Below, in pieces: positions 26,965 through 35,519 of a stretch of 35,519 bases of DNA. The notes under the pieces are model-generated. The model did not search any database. It was not told where the DNA came from and worked only from the letters and a program-made list of their open reading frames with translations. Source of the stretch: Opitutia bacterium (GTDB taxonomy: Bacteria > Verrucomicrobiota > Verrucomicrobiia > Opitutales > Seribacteraceae). Position 1 is the first letter of the stretch. The number at the start of each line of letters is the position of its first letter. A program made the position numbers and the translations under genes. The DNA is taken from NCBI GenBank assembly GCA_002692605.1, contig NZLE01000032.1:23639-59157 (forward strand), in the 5' to 3' direction.

Positions 26965-28440
26965 ATGCCAACTTCATCTTCTCTTGCCAAAGACAAAGCA
27001 TCGCCTTCCGAGCAGGCAAGTGCCTTTTCAGGTAAAAATTCCAATAAGGAGCTGGTAGAAGGGAAGGCGCTGCCCAGTAACCAAGATGCTGAGCAAGGCT
27101 TGCTCGCAGCTTGCATAGTGGATACTTCTGGGGAAGTTATGGGCAGGTGTATGGAGCAATCCATCGGTCCTGATCATTTTTATCATCATAATCATCAGCT
27201 AATCTACGAAGCTTTGTTGGACTTGCATCAGGATAATCAGGAGGCGGATGAAATTCTACTCGCAGAGAGGCTTTCCACGAATGGGCATTTGGAAAATGTC
27301 GGAGGCCAAGAGGCTCTCATTCAGTTAACCTCCAGAATAGACACCACGGCTCACGCTCCTTACTGGTTGGATATCGTAAAGCAAAAGGCTTTGCTGAGAA
27401 AGTGCATATACGTTGCATTTGAGATTATTGACGGAGCCAACCAACTCCAAGGAAACGTAGACGACTTTCTTGCGGGGATGGAACAGAGAGTTTGCGAACT
27501 TGGCGACGAGCAAAACATACGCACATCCATTCCTTTTCGAGAGCCGATCAATCATGCCATGGAGCAGATACAGAGAATGCTGTCTAGAGAGGAAATGGAC
27601 GGATTGCTCACCGGATACAATGATTTGGATACTCTCACCAATGGTTTCAAACCTGCCGAGATGATTGTTCTGGCGGCTCGCCCCTCGGTTGGTAAAACTA
27701 GCTTGGCAATGAATTTTGTCGAAAACATTGCCTTTTCGCCCAAATATAAGGATAGTCCCAAAAACACCTTGGTTTTCAGTCTTGAAATGAGCGCAACGTC
27801 TTTGGCAATGCGTTTGATTTGTGGTCGAGCGAGGGTGAACATGAATGATCTGCGCAGGGGTTTTGTTCCTAAAAAGCATGCGGAAAAACTGAACCAAATC
27901 AGCAGAGAGTTTCAACAGGCGCCCTTATGGGTCGATGATACAAGCGGACTAAGTATCAATCAGATTCGAGCAAAGGCCAGAAGGCTGAAGATGAGAAATA
28001 AACTTCACCTTGTGGTGGTGGACTACCTACAACTGATTTCGGGAGATGCCAGGGCTCAATCGAGGGAAAATCAAATCTCTGATATTTCTCGAGGACTCAA
28101 GGCAATGGCCAAGGAATTGGATGTGCCTGTCATCGTACTTAGCCAACTCAATCGAGATTCTGAAAAAGAGAAGAGGGATCCAAGGTTATCTGATCTTCGA
28201 GAGTCGGGATCGATTGAACAAGATGCAGATGTGGTTATGCTTTTGGGGAAGCATAGAAAAGGAGAGGACATCCGGGAAATGGATCAGGGCGCTGAAGGAG
28301 AGTCACAGGAAGAAGATTACGAACCAATTCAATTGCTTTTGGCCAAACAGAGAAACGGACCCACAGGAAGAGTGAATCTAGCCTTCCGCAGAAAATACAC
28401 AAGGTTCGAGAGCATGCAGGGAGAACCAAGATTGAACTGA
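26965..28440 (+). CDS. dnaB: Replicative DNA helicase DnaB
   Basis: AARPSVGKT Walker A; FSLEMS; VVDYLQL; SQLNR; DLRESGSIEQDAD; AKQRNGPTG. Confidence 0.98.
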   Translation: MPTSSSLAKDKASPSEQASAFSGKNSNKELVEGKALPSNQDAEQGLLAACIVDTSGEVMGRCMEQSIGPDHFYHHNHQLIYEALLDLHQDNQEADEILLAERLSTNGHLENVGGQEALIQLTSRIDTTAHAPYWLDIVKQKALLRKCIYVAFEIIDGANQLQGNVDDFLAGMEQRVCELGDEQNIRTSIPFREPINHAMEQIQRMLSREEMDGLLTGYNDLDTLTNGFKPAEMIVLAARPSVGKTSLAMNFVENIAFSPKYKDSPKNTLVFSLEMSATSLAMRLICGRARVNMNDLRRGFVPKKHAEKLNQISREFQQAPLWVDDTSGLSINQIRAKARRLKMRNKLHLVVVDYLQLISGDARAQSRENQISDISRGLKAMAKELDVPVIVLSQLNRDSEKEKRDPRLSDLRESGSIEQDADVVMLLGKHRKGEDIREMDQGAEGESQEEDYEPIQLLLAKQRNGPTGRVNLAFRRKYTRFESMQGEPRLN

Positions 28441-28445
28441 ACGGA

Positions 28446-30833
28446 ATGAGAATTTTACGAAGAATTTGGGCATCATCCCTTTTATTTTGCGGAATAATTC
28501 TGCTTTGGTCGCAGGCGAATCCCGATGGAAAAAAAATTTCTTCCATAGAGATTCAATTAAAGGGTCCCCAGACCTTGGGGAAATCCTTTATTTTACAAAA
28601 CCTTCAAGTTGAAGAGGGAATACCCTACGACCCAACCTCCATTGACAAATCCATAAGGAATCTGATCGCTACGGGCTCGGTCGATGACGTTAAGGTCTTC
28701 ATTGATCCTGACAAAAGCACTTCATCCGAGGTCGCGCTTGTTTTTCGGGTGCGCGGGAAGGCTCGCATAGCAGAGATCATCTTTGAAGGGAATGATAAGT
28801 TATCTGATAAGAAATTGGAGAAAACCATCACCCAGAGCGTTGGTGATTTGCTGGATGCCTCCAAAGTAAAGTCGGATCAACGCTTGCTGGAGGACAAATA
28901 TTTGGAAAAGGGGTACTGGAACTCCAATGTGGAAAGTGAGATAAGAGAGAATCCCACGACTGGAAAAACCACGATTATCTTTAGAGTGGTCGAGAACGAA
29001 AAAAGGCAAATTTCCAAAATAACCTTTTCAGGAAATGACAACCTGTCTGCCCGAGAGTTACTTGGAGAAATGGAAACCGCCCCTTGGAGATTTTGGAGAT
29101 TTTGGTCAAAGCGGTCGCGTTATCGTCCTTCGGTTTTGGATGAGGATTTGGCAAAACTTCGAGAGATCTACCGGAACAAGGGCTTTTTGGATGTCAGCGT
29201 AGAGCAGGGCGGGGTCGCAATTGTGCCTCGTGGGACCGGAAAATTAGATATCATTGTAAAAGTGGAAGAAGGAAAGAGGTCTTTTTTCGGAAAAAGCGTA
29301 TTGGCGGGAAACGTGGTCCTGAGCACTCCCGAACTTTTGAAAAATAGCGAACTTAAGCAGGGACAACCCTATTCCCCTGCCCTGTTAAGCGAAGAGCGTA
29401 ACCGATTGCGTAAAATGTATGGGGAAAGAGGGTATTTGGATGCGCGTGTTCTTTCCATAAGAACACCCAATCTCAAGACACAGCAAATCGACTTGAAGTT
29501 TCAGATCACCGAAAACAATAAGTTTACCGTCAACAGCGTTTTGGTCCGAGGCAATGACAAGACCAAGACCATTGCAATTATCAGGGAGTTGGCCCTCGCT
29601 CCCGGGGAAACCTTTGATCTGCTCAGAATGGAAACCAGTGAGGCAAGATTGAAGAACACTAGGTTTTTCGAGAAAGTGACTTTGGACGATGAGCCGATCG
29701 CCTCTCAAGATCCCGAATTGCAGGCCTCCAGAAGAAACCTCGTGGTGGACGTTGAAGAGGGGAGAACAGGTCACGTATCCTTTGGTGTAGGATTCAGCAC
29801 TTTGGAGAAAGCCATGATGTTTGCGGAATTTCGGCAAGGTAACTTTGACTTAATGAGATGGAGAAGCCCTCATCGCCTTCAAGGTGATGGTCAAAAGTTT
29901 CGCCTTCGCTTGAAACTAGGTTCTCGAAGCAATGAGGCGAGGTTGGCTTTGGAAGAACCTTGGTTTCTGAACCGAAGAGTTGCCGCTGGTTTTGAGCTTT
30001 TTCGGGAAAAGTCGGATTATTACAGTTCGTACTATGATGAAATGAGAGCCGGATTTGAAGTTTATTTCAGGAAGCGCCTCTTCGAGTTGGTGGAAGGGCG
30101 ACTCTTCTACCGTTTTGAAGATGTTTTGATTGATGATATCAGCCAATCGCCGGTAACCACTTTTATTCGTAACGATCCCAGATACAACGGAACCCGAGAA
30201 GAGATTGAGCGTACCATTTCCAAAGTGGGCTTGACGCTCAGCCGAGACACTAGAGACAGTATTTTGTTCCCCTCGGAAGGTAGTATCGTATCCATTAAAA
30301 AGGAATTTGCGGGCGGTATCTTTGGAGGAGATGCAGACTATGGCAGATTCGAATTACAGGGTGCTCGGTTTTTCCAAACCTTCGATCAAATGGAGCAAGT
30401 TCTTTCAATCATAGGACGAGCGGGAACTTTGGGTAGGTTCAATGGCGAAGATGCGGACGTTCCGTTCTTTGAGAAGTTCTTTCTCGGTGGTCCCTACAAT
30501 CTTCGGGGATGGGATTACCGAGAGGCAGGACCTCAAATGTCCGAGGAGCCTATTGGGGGGAATTCATACTCTTATTTTGGCCTTGAGTACACCTTCAAGG
30601 TAGCGGACCCCCTCCGTTTCGCATTTTTCTATGACGGAGGTTTCCTTCGAGAGGGAGACTTTAAGTTCACTCCTGGAAATGATGATCAGGGTTGGCATGA
30701 CAACTGGGGTCTGGGAGCGAGAATTATGGTGATGGGCATGCCCTTGAGGTTAGATCTCGGTTTTCCCATCACCGATCCGATGGGAACGGGTTCTTCTCCT
30801 CAATTTCATTTCTCCGGCGGGTCGAGATTTTGA
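28446..30833 (+). CDS. bamA: Outer membrane protein assembly factor BamA
   Basis: Signal peptide; five POTRA-like repeats; barrel with FFLGGPYNLRGW (VRGF-equivalent); terminal Phe; followed by skp and lpxD. Confidence 0.95.
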   Translation: MRILRRIWASSLLFCGIILLWSQANPDGKKISSIEIQLKGPQTLGKSFILQNLQVEEGIPYDPTSIDKSIRNLIATGSVDDVKVFIDPDKSTSSEVALVFRVRGKARIAEIIFEGNDKLSDKKLEKTITQSVGDLLDASKVKSDQRLLEDKYLEKGYWNSNVESEIRENPTTGKTTIIFRVVENEKRQISKITFSGNDNLSARELLGEMETAPWRFWRFWSKRSRYRPSVLDEDLAKLREIYRNKGFLDVSVEQGGVAIVPRGTGKLDIIVKVEEGKRSFFGKSVLAGNVVLSTPELLKNSELKQGQPYSPALLSEERNRLRKMYGERGYLDARVLSIRTPNLKTQQIDLKFQITENNKFTVNSVLVRGNDKTKTIAIIRELALAPGETFDLLRMETSEARLKNTRFFEKVTLDDEPIASQDPELQASRRNLVVDVEEGRTGHVSFGVGFSTLEKAMMFAEFRQGNFDLMRWRSPHRLQGDGQKFRLRLKLGSRSNEARLALEEPWFLNRRVAAGFELFREKSDYYSSYYDEMRAGFEVYFRKRLFELVEGRLFYRFEDVLIDDISQSPVTTFIRNDPRYNGTREEIERTISKVGLTLSRDTRDSILFPSEGSIVSIKKEFAGGIFGGDADYGRFELQGARFFQTFDQMEQVLSIIGRAGTLGRFNGEDADVPFFEKFFLGGPYNLRGWDYREAGPQMSEEPIGGNSYSYFGLEYTFKVADPLRFAFFYDGGFLREGDFKFTPGNDDQGWHDNWGLGARIMVMGMPLRLDLGFPITDPMGTGSSPQFHFSGGSRF

Positions 30834-30869
30834 TTTGCAAATTCCCTAACATCGGCAAATAAAACAAAA

Positions 30870-31415
30870 ATGATCGCACGCATTCTCCTTGCTGTTCCCT
30901 TCTTATTCACGCTTCAGGCATATGCCCATGACGTCGCAGTCGTAGACGTGCAAAAGGTTTTTGATGGATACCAAAAGGTTAAGGATGCGAGAGAAAGGCT
31001 CGACAAGTCCAAGAAAATTGCCATGGAGGAACTCGAAATCTTTAGGGATGAACTGGAGAAAATCGTCAAGGAATTGAAGGAAATGGAGGAGAAGCTCAAG
31101 AATCCCAATATAGAAAGCTCTTCTTTGAAGGCTCAATATCAGGAAAAGGTCAAGAAAGCCAAAGAGAAGCAAGATGATATGGTTGCTTATGATAAGAGAG
31201 CGAAAGCGACTATTGCCCAGCGCCAAAGGAATCTTTTGGTTGAACACTTGGAAGATATTCGTGGAGCAGTCAATAAGGTCGCTGTCGCCAAAAGCTTGGA
31301 CTTGGTTATGAATGCTTCCGAAACTCAGTTGGGGGTTTTTTATGCCAAGGATCGGTTGGATATTACTCAGGACGTTATCGTGACTTTGAATGCCTCGAGC
31401 GCAAAACCAAAGTAG
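30870..31415 (+). CDS. skp: Periplasmic chaperone Skp/OmpH
   Basis: VAVVDVQKVF; long coiled coil; DITQDVI; lies between bamA and lpxD. Confidence 0.9.
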   Translation: MIARILLAVPFLFTLQAYAHDVAVVDVQKVFDGYQKVKDARERLDKSKKIAMEELEIFRDELEKIVKELKEMEEKLKNPNIESSSLKAQYQEKVKKAKEKQDDMVAYDKRAKATIAQRQRNLLVEHLEDIRGAVNKVAVAKSLDLVMNASETQLGVFYAKDRLDITQDVIVTLNASSAKPK

Positions 31416-31451
31416 TGAATATCCCAGGACCCTTTTGGGAATCGATGATCG

Positions 31452-32483
31452 ATGATTCTTGAATTGGAGGTAGCGGACGTTTTGGAAATTTTTCCGGATG
31501 CCCGGAAGGAAGGTATAGTTGAAGCGAAGCGTATTCGTGGTATATCATCATTAAATCGTGCCGTTGAGGGAGACCTAAGCTTCTTGGGAAACCCCAAGTA
31601 CAGAAGCCAAGTCTCCGGATCCGAAGCTTCGATAATCCTATTACCGGAAGATTATGAGGGTAAGCCCAGAAAAGGGCAGCTTTTCCTGAGAATGAAGGAA
31701 CCGTCCTTGGGGTTGACCAAGCTTTGTCATACGATCGAAAAAAACATGACCTCGGATTTTCCTTCAGGCGTCCATCCCACGGCATTCGTTGAGAAGAGCG
31801 CCAAAATTGACTCCGAGACAAGCATTGGCCCTTTTTGTTACATCGGACAAAACGTCGAGATTAAAGCTGGCACGATCATCGAGTCCCATTGTCATGTGGG
31901 CCAAGATTCCTTCCTTGGGAAAAATTGCAGACTTTATCCGGGCGTTAAGATTCTATCCTCGTGCGAACTGATGGATAGAGTGGTTCTTAATTCCGGAATT
32001 ATCATTGGTTCGGAGGGTTTCGGTTTTGAGCAAGTCGAGTCCGCTCACAGGAAAATTCCGCATTTGGGGAAAGTCATTGTTGAAAATGACGTTGAGATTG
32101 GAGCTAATACTTGCATTGACAGAGCTCGCTTCGAAGAGACGAGAATAGGAGAAGGTACGAAAATTGATAACCTAGTCCAAATCGGGCACAACGTCCAAAT
32201 CGGTAAAGGCTGTTTAATTGTTGCCCAAGTCGGAATTGCCGGGAGCGTACAAATTGAGGATTTTGTCGTTATTGGCGGACAAGCGGGTTTCTCAGGTCAT
32301 ATCACTGTTGGCAAAGGAGCTAAAATAGCCGGACAGGCAGGCATTACCAAGGATGTCGAACCCGGAGCATTCCTTAAGGGAAATCCAGCGATGCCCGTTC
32401 AGTTGGCTCATAGAATTTCCATTTTACAAAGAAAACTACCCGAACTGTTTAATAGGTTTGCTCAAAATGCAGGCAACAAGTAG
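31452..32483 (+). CDS. lpxD: UDP-3-O-(3-hydroxyacyl)glucosamine N-acyltransferase
   Basis: [11 protein letters not shown]; hexapeptide repeats; GSEGFGF; KIPHLG; [13 protein letters not shown]. Confidence 0.96.
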   Translation: MILELEVADVLEIFPDARKEGIVEAKRIRGISSLNRAVEGDLSFLGNPKYRSQVSGSEASIILLPEDYEGKPRKGQLFLRMKEPSLGLTKLCHTIEKNMTSDFPSGVHPTAFVEKSAKIDSETSIGPFCYIGQNVEIKAGTIIESHCHVGQDSFLGKNCRLYPGVKILSSCELMDRVVLNSGIIIGSEGFGFEQVESAHRKIPHLGKVIVENDVEIGANTCIDRARFEETRIGEGTKIDNLVQIGHNVQIGKGCLIVAQVGIAGSVQIEDFVVIGGQAGFSGHITVGKGAKIAGQAGITKDVEPGAFLKGNPAMPVQLAHRISILQRKLPELFNRFAQNAGNK

Positions 32484-32489
32484 GTCACG

Positions 32490-33443
32490 ATGATGCAAAA
32501 TGGCACCAGTCTAAAGATTTTCAGTGGAAATTCGAACAAACCACTTGCCCAAGAAATTTGTAATTATTTAAGTGTTCCGCTTGGCGATGCTTTGGTTACT
32601 TCATTTCCCGATAGTGAGAGCTTTGTCCGTTTTAATGAGAATATTAGAGGAACCGATGTCTTTCTCGTTCAGTCGACCTCTTCTCCCGCCAATCATAACG
32701 TCATGGAGCTTCTGATTATGATTGATGCCGCAAAGCGAGCATCCGCTGCTCGTGTAACCGCGGTGCTTCCTTTTTTTGGATACGCAAGGCAGGACCGGAA
32801 AGATCAGCCAAGAGTGCCAATCACATCCAAACTCGTTGCGAATTTGTTGGTTGCCGCTGGCGTTAACCGGATTCTGACTATGGATTTGCACGCTCAGCAA
32901 ATTCAAGGTTTCTTCGATATTCCTGTGGATCACCTCTATGCCTCACCGGTTTTCTTTGAAGATTTGAGAAGCAGAGAAACTGAAAACCTTACTATTTTCT
33001 CTCCGGATGTCGGAGGAATGAAAATGGCAAATGCCTACGCGGAAGTTTTGGGTTGCCCTTTGGGTTTCGTTGCCAAAAGGCGCACGGGCGCTTCGACTGT
33101 GGAAGCGATGAATCTGGTTGGCGAAGTCGAAGGGAGGGAGATTTTATTAGTCGATGATATGACTGAAACCGCGGGAACACTAACTGCTGCAGCCAAGATA
33201 CTTAAGGAAAGAGGCGCTCAAAAGGTCAGTGCATTGGTGAGTCACTGTATGCTTAATGACACGGGTAGAGAAAGATTGAGGCAGGGGCTCCTGGACGAGT
33301 TGATTACAACGAATACGGTTACCATGGAAAACGAAGACTTGCCAGTCAGGCAATTGAGCGTTGCCAATCTCCTCGGTGAAGCGATCAGGCGCACTCACAC
33401 CGACAGTAGCATTTCCAATTTATTTCAAATTAAAGGATTTTGA
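32490..33443 (+). CDS. prs: Ribose-phosphate pyrophosphokinase
   Basis: IFSGNSN; GYARQDRK; MDLHAQQIQGFFD; SPDVGG; VDDMTETAGT. Confidence 0.97.
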   Translation: MMQNGTSLKIFSGNSNKPLAQEICNYLSVPLGDALVTSFPDSESFVRFNENIRGTDVFLVQSTSSPANHNVMELLIMIDAAKRASAARVTAVLPFFGYARQDRKDQPRVPITSKLVANLLVAAGVNRILTMDLHAQQIQGFFDIPVDHLYASPVFFEDLRSRETENLTIFSPDVGGMKMANAYAEVLGCPLGFVAKRRTGASTVEAMNLVGEVEGREILLVDDMTETAGTLTAAAKILKERGAQKVSALVSHCMLNDTGRERLRQGLLDELITTNTVTMENEDLPVRQLSVANLLGEAIRRTHTDSSISNLFQIKGF

Positions 33444-33503
33444 AATTTGTGGAGTGATACCTGAGAATAAACAAAGCGAAAGCTTGGTTCCGCTAAATAA
33501 CAA

Positions 33504-34889
33504 ATGAGAAATTCTATCTGCTATACGCTGAGCTATGTTATGGTTGCTTTTGCCTGTGCCTTGCATGGAACAAGCAAAGGCTTTTCTCTCAAGGTTGATG
33601 ACACTGACTTGGATCGTGGAGATGCGATTCCCAGACAAAGCTATTCGAGGATTTTGGAAAAATCCACCCCGGCGGTGGTGTCCGTCACGACGCAACAAGT
33701 GGTCAAGAGGATGTATCCGACCATAGAGGATTTTCTTAGAAGGTATTACGGACTTCCTCGAGTGAACGAGCCAAACGTAAAGGAGGAGAATGTGCCCGTC
33801 GGCATTGGGTCGGGAGTAATCGTAACTCCAGAAGGTCATACCATAACCAATGCCCATGTCATAACTGATCCGAGGACTGGATCCCTTGTTGAGGAAGTCT
33901 TGGTGCAACTAGCCGATAAAATTGAGTACAAGGCTCGAATTGTGGGTGTCGATCGTTCCACGGATGTGGCGGTCCTAAAGATTGATCATGGCGAACCGCT
34001 TCCATTCGTTACCTTAGGCAACAGCGATTTTCTCAAGGTAGGTGATATTGTTTTTGCAACGGGAAATCCACTCGGAATCGGCAAAACGGTAACTATGGGC
34101 ATCGTTTCCGCAACCGGGCGTTCCGAACTTAAGGTTTTGGACGAGAAAGGGTCTTATGAAAACTTTATTCAAACCGACGCTTCCATCAATCGAGGGAACT
34201 CTGGTGGAGCATTGGTCGATGCCAAAGGTCGATTGGTGGGAATTAATACGGCAATTATTTCTCAAACCGGTGGTAGCGTTGGAATCGGTTTGGCTATTCC
34301 TGTGAATATAGTCAAAAAAGTCCTTACTGATTTCGTTCAGGGAGGAGAACTAAGGAGAGGTTTTCTCGGAGTCAGTTTAAGTATGGTAGGAACGGCAAAC
34401 AGTGGTGCTTTGGTGGAAGGTGTTATTCCCGGCAGCGCTGCAGAAAAAGCCGGATTTGAGTCGGGAGACCTTATCGTTTCCGTCGGCAATGAAAAGGTTA
34501 GTTCAGCCAATCAATTGAGATTGGCCATAGCCCAAACTTCTCCAGGAACTCGAATCCCAGTCGCGATTCTTAGAAATGAAGTCAAAAAAACTCTTTTCGT
34601 AACTCTTGAACTTTTTGGAAAACCGCCCCCGATTCCCGGGATTTCTCTTGAACCCTTAAGCTCTGAAAACCGAGAAAAGTATGGTATTCCAGCTCAAACG
34701 AGGGGCGTTGTGGTAAAGAAATCATCGGGTGAAGCCGAAACCTTCAAGGAAGGTGTCGTTATTGTAGAAATTAACGGATACCAAGTGAATTCCATAGAAG
34801 AGGTAACCGCTGAATTGAAGAAAGGCATCAACCGTTTCTATGTCTGGTACCGGGGAAAATATAGGTTTTTGGCCTATCGCGTCCCCTGA
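33504..34889 (+). CDS. degP: HtrA/DegP/DegQ-family periplasmic serine protease with PDZ domains
   Basis: GSGVIV; TNAHV; TDVAVLKI; FIQTDASINRGNSGG; two PDZ-like regions. Confidence 0.9.
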   Translation: MRNSICYTLSYVMVAFACALHGTSKGFSLKVDDTDLDRGDAIPRQSYSRILEKSTPAVVSVTTQQVVKRMYPTIEDFLRRYYGLPRVNEPNVKEENVPVGIGSGVIVTPEGHTITNAHVITDPRTGSLVEEVLVQLADKIEYKARIVGVDRSTDVAVLKIDHGEPLPFVTLGNSDFLKVGDIVFATGNPLGIGKTVTMGIVSATGRSELKVLDEKGSYENFIQTDASINRGNSGGALVDAKGRLVGINTAIISQTGGSVGIGLAIPVNIVKKVLTDFVQGGELRRGFLGVSLSMVGTANSGALVEGVIPGSAAEKAGFESGDLIVSVGNEKVSSANQLRLAIAQTSPGTRIPVAILRNEVKKTLFVTLELFGKPPPIPGISLEPLSSENREKYGIPAQTRGVVVKKSSGEAETFKEGVVIVEINGYQVNSIEEVTAELKKGINRFYVWYRGKYRFLAYRVP

Positions 34890-34906
34890 TTGCCTCACTC
34901 CCTTAT

Positions 34907-35476
34907 TTAGCTTCCCGGTTTGGTAGCGGGGAGGTTTAATAAATCTTGCGGCAATTTGTCGGCTTCATAAGTGGGGAAATTCATTTTAAGCAAAGCCTCA
35001 AAAGGCACGCCAAAATTCAATTCCTCCGAACTTCGATCGACCATACTTACGGCACCGACCAGTTCACATTCGTATTTTGAAATGATGTCCAAGGCTTCTC
35101 TTACCCGACCTCCTTTAGTGACGACATCTTCAACGAGCAGAACCCGGTCCTTGCCATCAAGACTGAAATTTCTTCTTAATGCCAATCGGTCGTTCACTTT
35201 TTCCAAAAAAATAAAACGAGCTCCAAGCTGCCGGGCAATTTCTTGTCCGATGACCAATCCCCCCATGGCCGGAGAGACAATGGTGTTGATATCCTTGAAG
35301 GAAATGGTCTTCAAAATGAGCGTGGCTAGCCTAGTGACCTTATCCATGTGCTGGCAGACTTGAGCGCATTGAAAGAAATGTCCGCTGCGCATACCTGATC
35401 GAAGGATAAAATGCCCTTTCAAGAGGGCATTGGTTTCTTCAAAAATGGAGATTACTTCGGAATCAAAGTCATTCAT
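34907..35476 (-). CDS. pyrE: Orotate phosphoribosyltransferase
   Basis: ALLKGHFILRSG; SPAMGG; LLVEDVVTKGG PRPP-binding loop. Confidence 0.94.
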   Translation of the reverse strand: MNDFDSEVISIFEETNALLKGHFILRSGMRSGHFFQCAQVCQHMDKVTRLATLILKTISFKDINTIVSPAMGGLVIGQEIARQLGARFIFLEKVNDRLALRRNFSLDGKDRVLLVEDVVTKGGRVREALDIISKYECELVGAVSMVDRSSEELNFGVPFEALLKMNFPTYEADKLPQDLLNLPATKPGS

Positions 35477-35519
35477 GGATGATCACACTTTCAGTCCATG
35501 TGAGATTGGCAATACTAAT

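Noticed and set aside
28250-28330. Acidic insertion near the DnaB C-terminus as a possible intein
   Set aside because: Far too short, lacks the Cys/Ser...His-Asn splice motifs, and the protein length is normal
1-35519. CRISPR arrays, rRNA/tRNA, IS elements, prophage or defence genes
   Set aside because: Coding density is very high, all intergenic gaps are under ~170 bp, and I saw no regularly spaced repeats, cloverleaf motifs or such protein families

Overview
Bacterial chromosomal DNA. The domain repertoire (DUF7133-type propeller/HEAT proteins, PSCyt1-DUF1549-DUF1553 plus DUF1501, SHD1, many sulfatases) and the gene order point to a PVC-superphylum organism, most likely a marine Verrucomicrobium (inference). 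The window has two parts. (1) About 1-24,250 is an accessory region of exported proteins: seven Cys-type S1 sulfatase genes (one cut by the window edge), one internally deleted sulfatase relic, two large beta-propeller/HEAT proteins that each carry an azurin-like type-1 copper domain and no CxxCH heme motif, an exported CxxC HMA-type metal chaperone paired with a Met/His-rich outer-membrane beta-barrel, an SHD1 protein, a PSD1-cytochrome/DUF1501 pair and a secreted beta-propeller. (2) About 24,280-35,519 is core: rplY-pth-rpsF-ssb-rplI-dnaB-bamA-skp-lpxD-prs-degP, with a convergent pyrE. I saw no rRNA, tRNA, CRISPR array or transposase. The best candidate for an undescribed system is a copper-based periplasmic redox module: cupredoxin-fused propeller proteins plus a putative Cu porin/chaperone pair, embedded in a sulfatase cluster with no glycoside hydrolase. 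All family assignments come from recognising motifs by eye; no searches were run.
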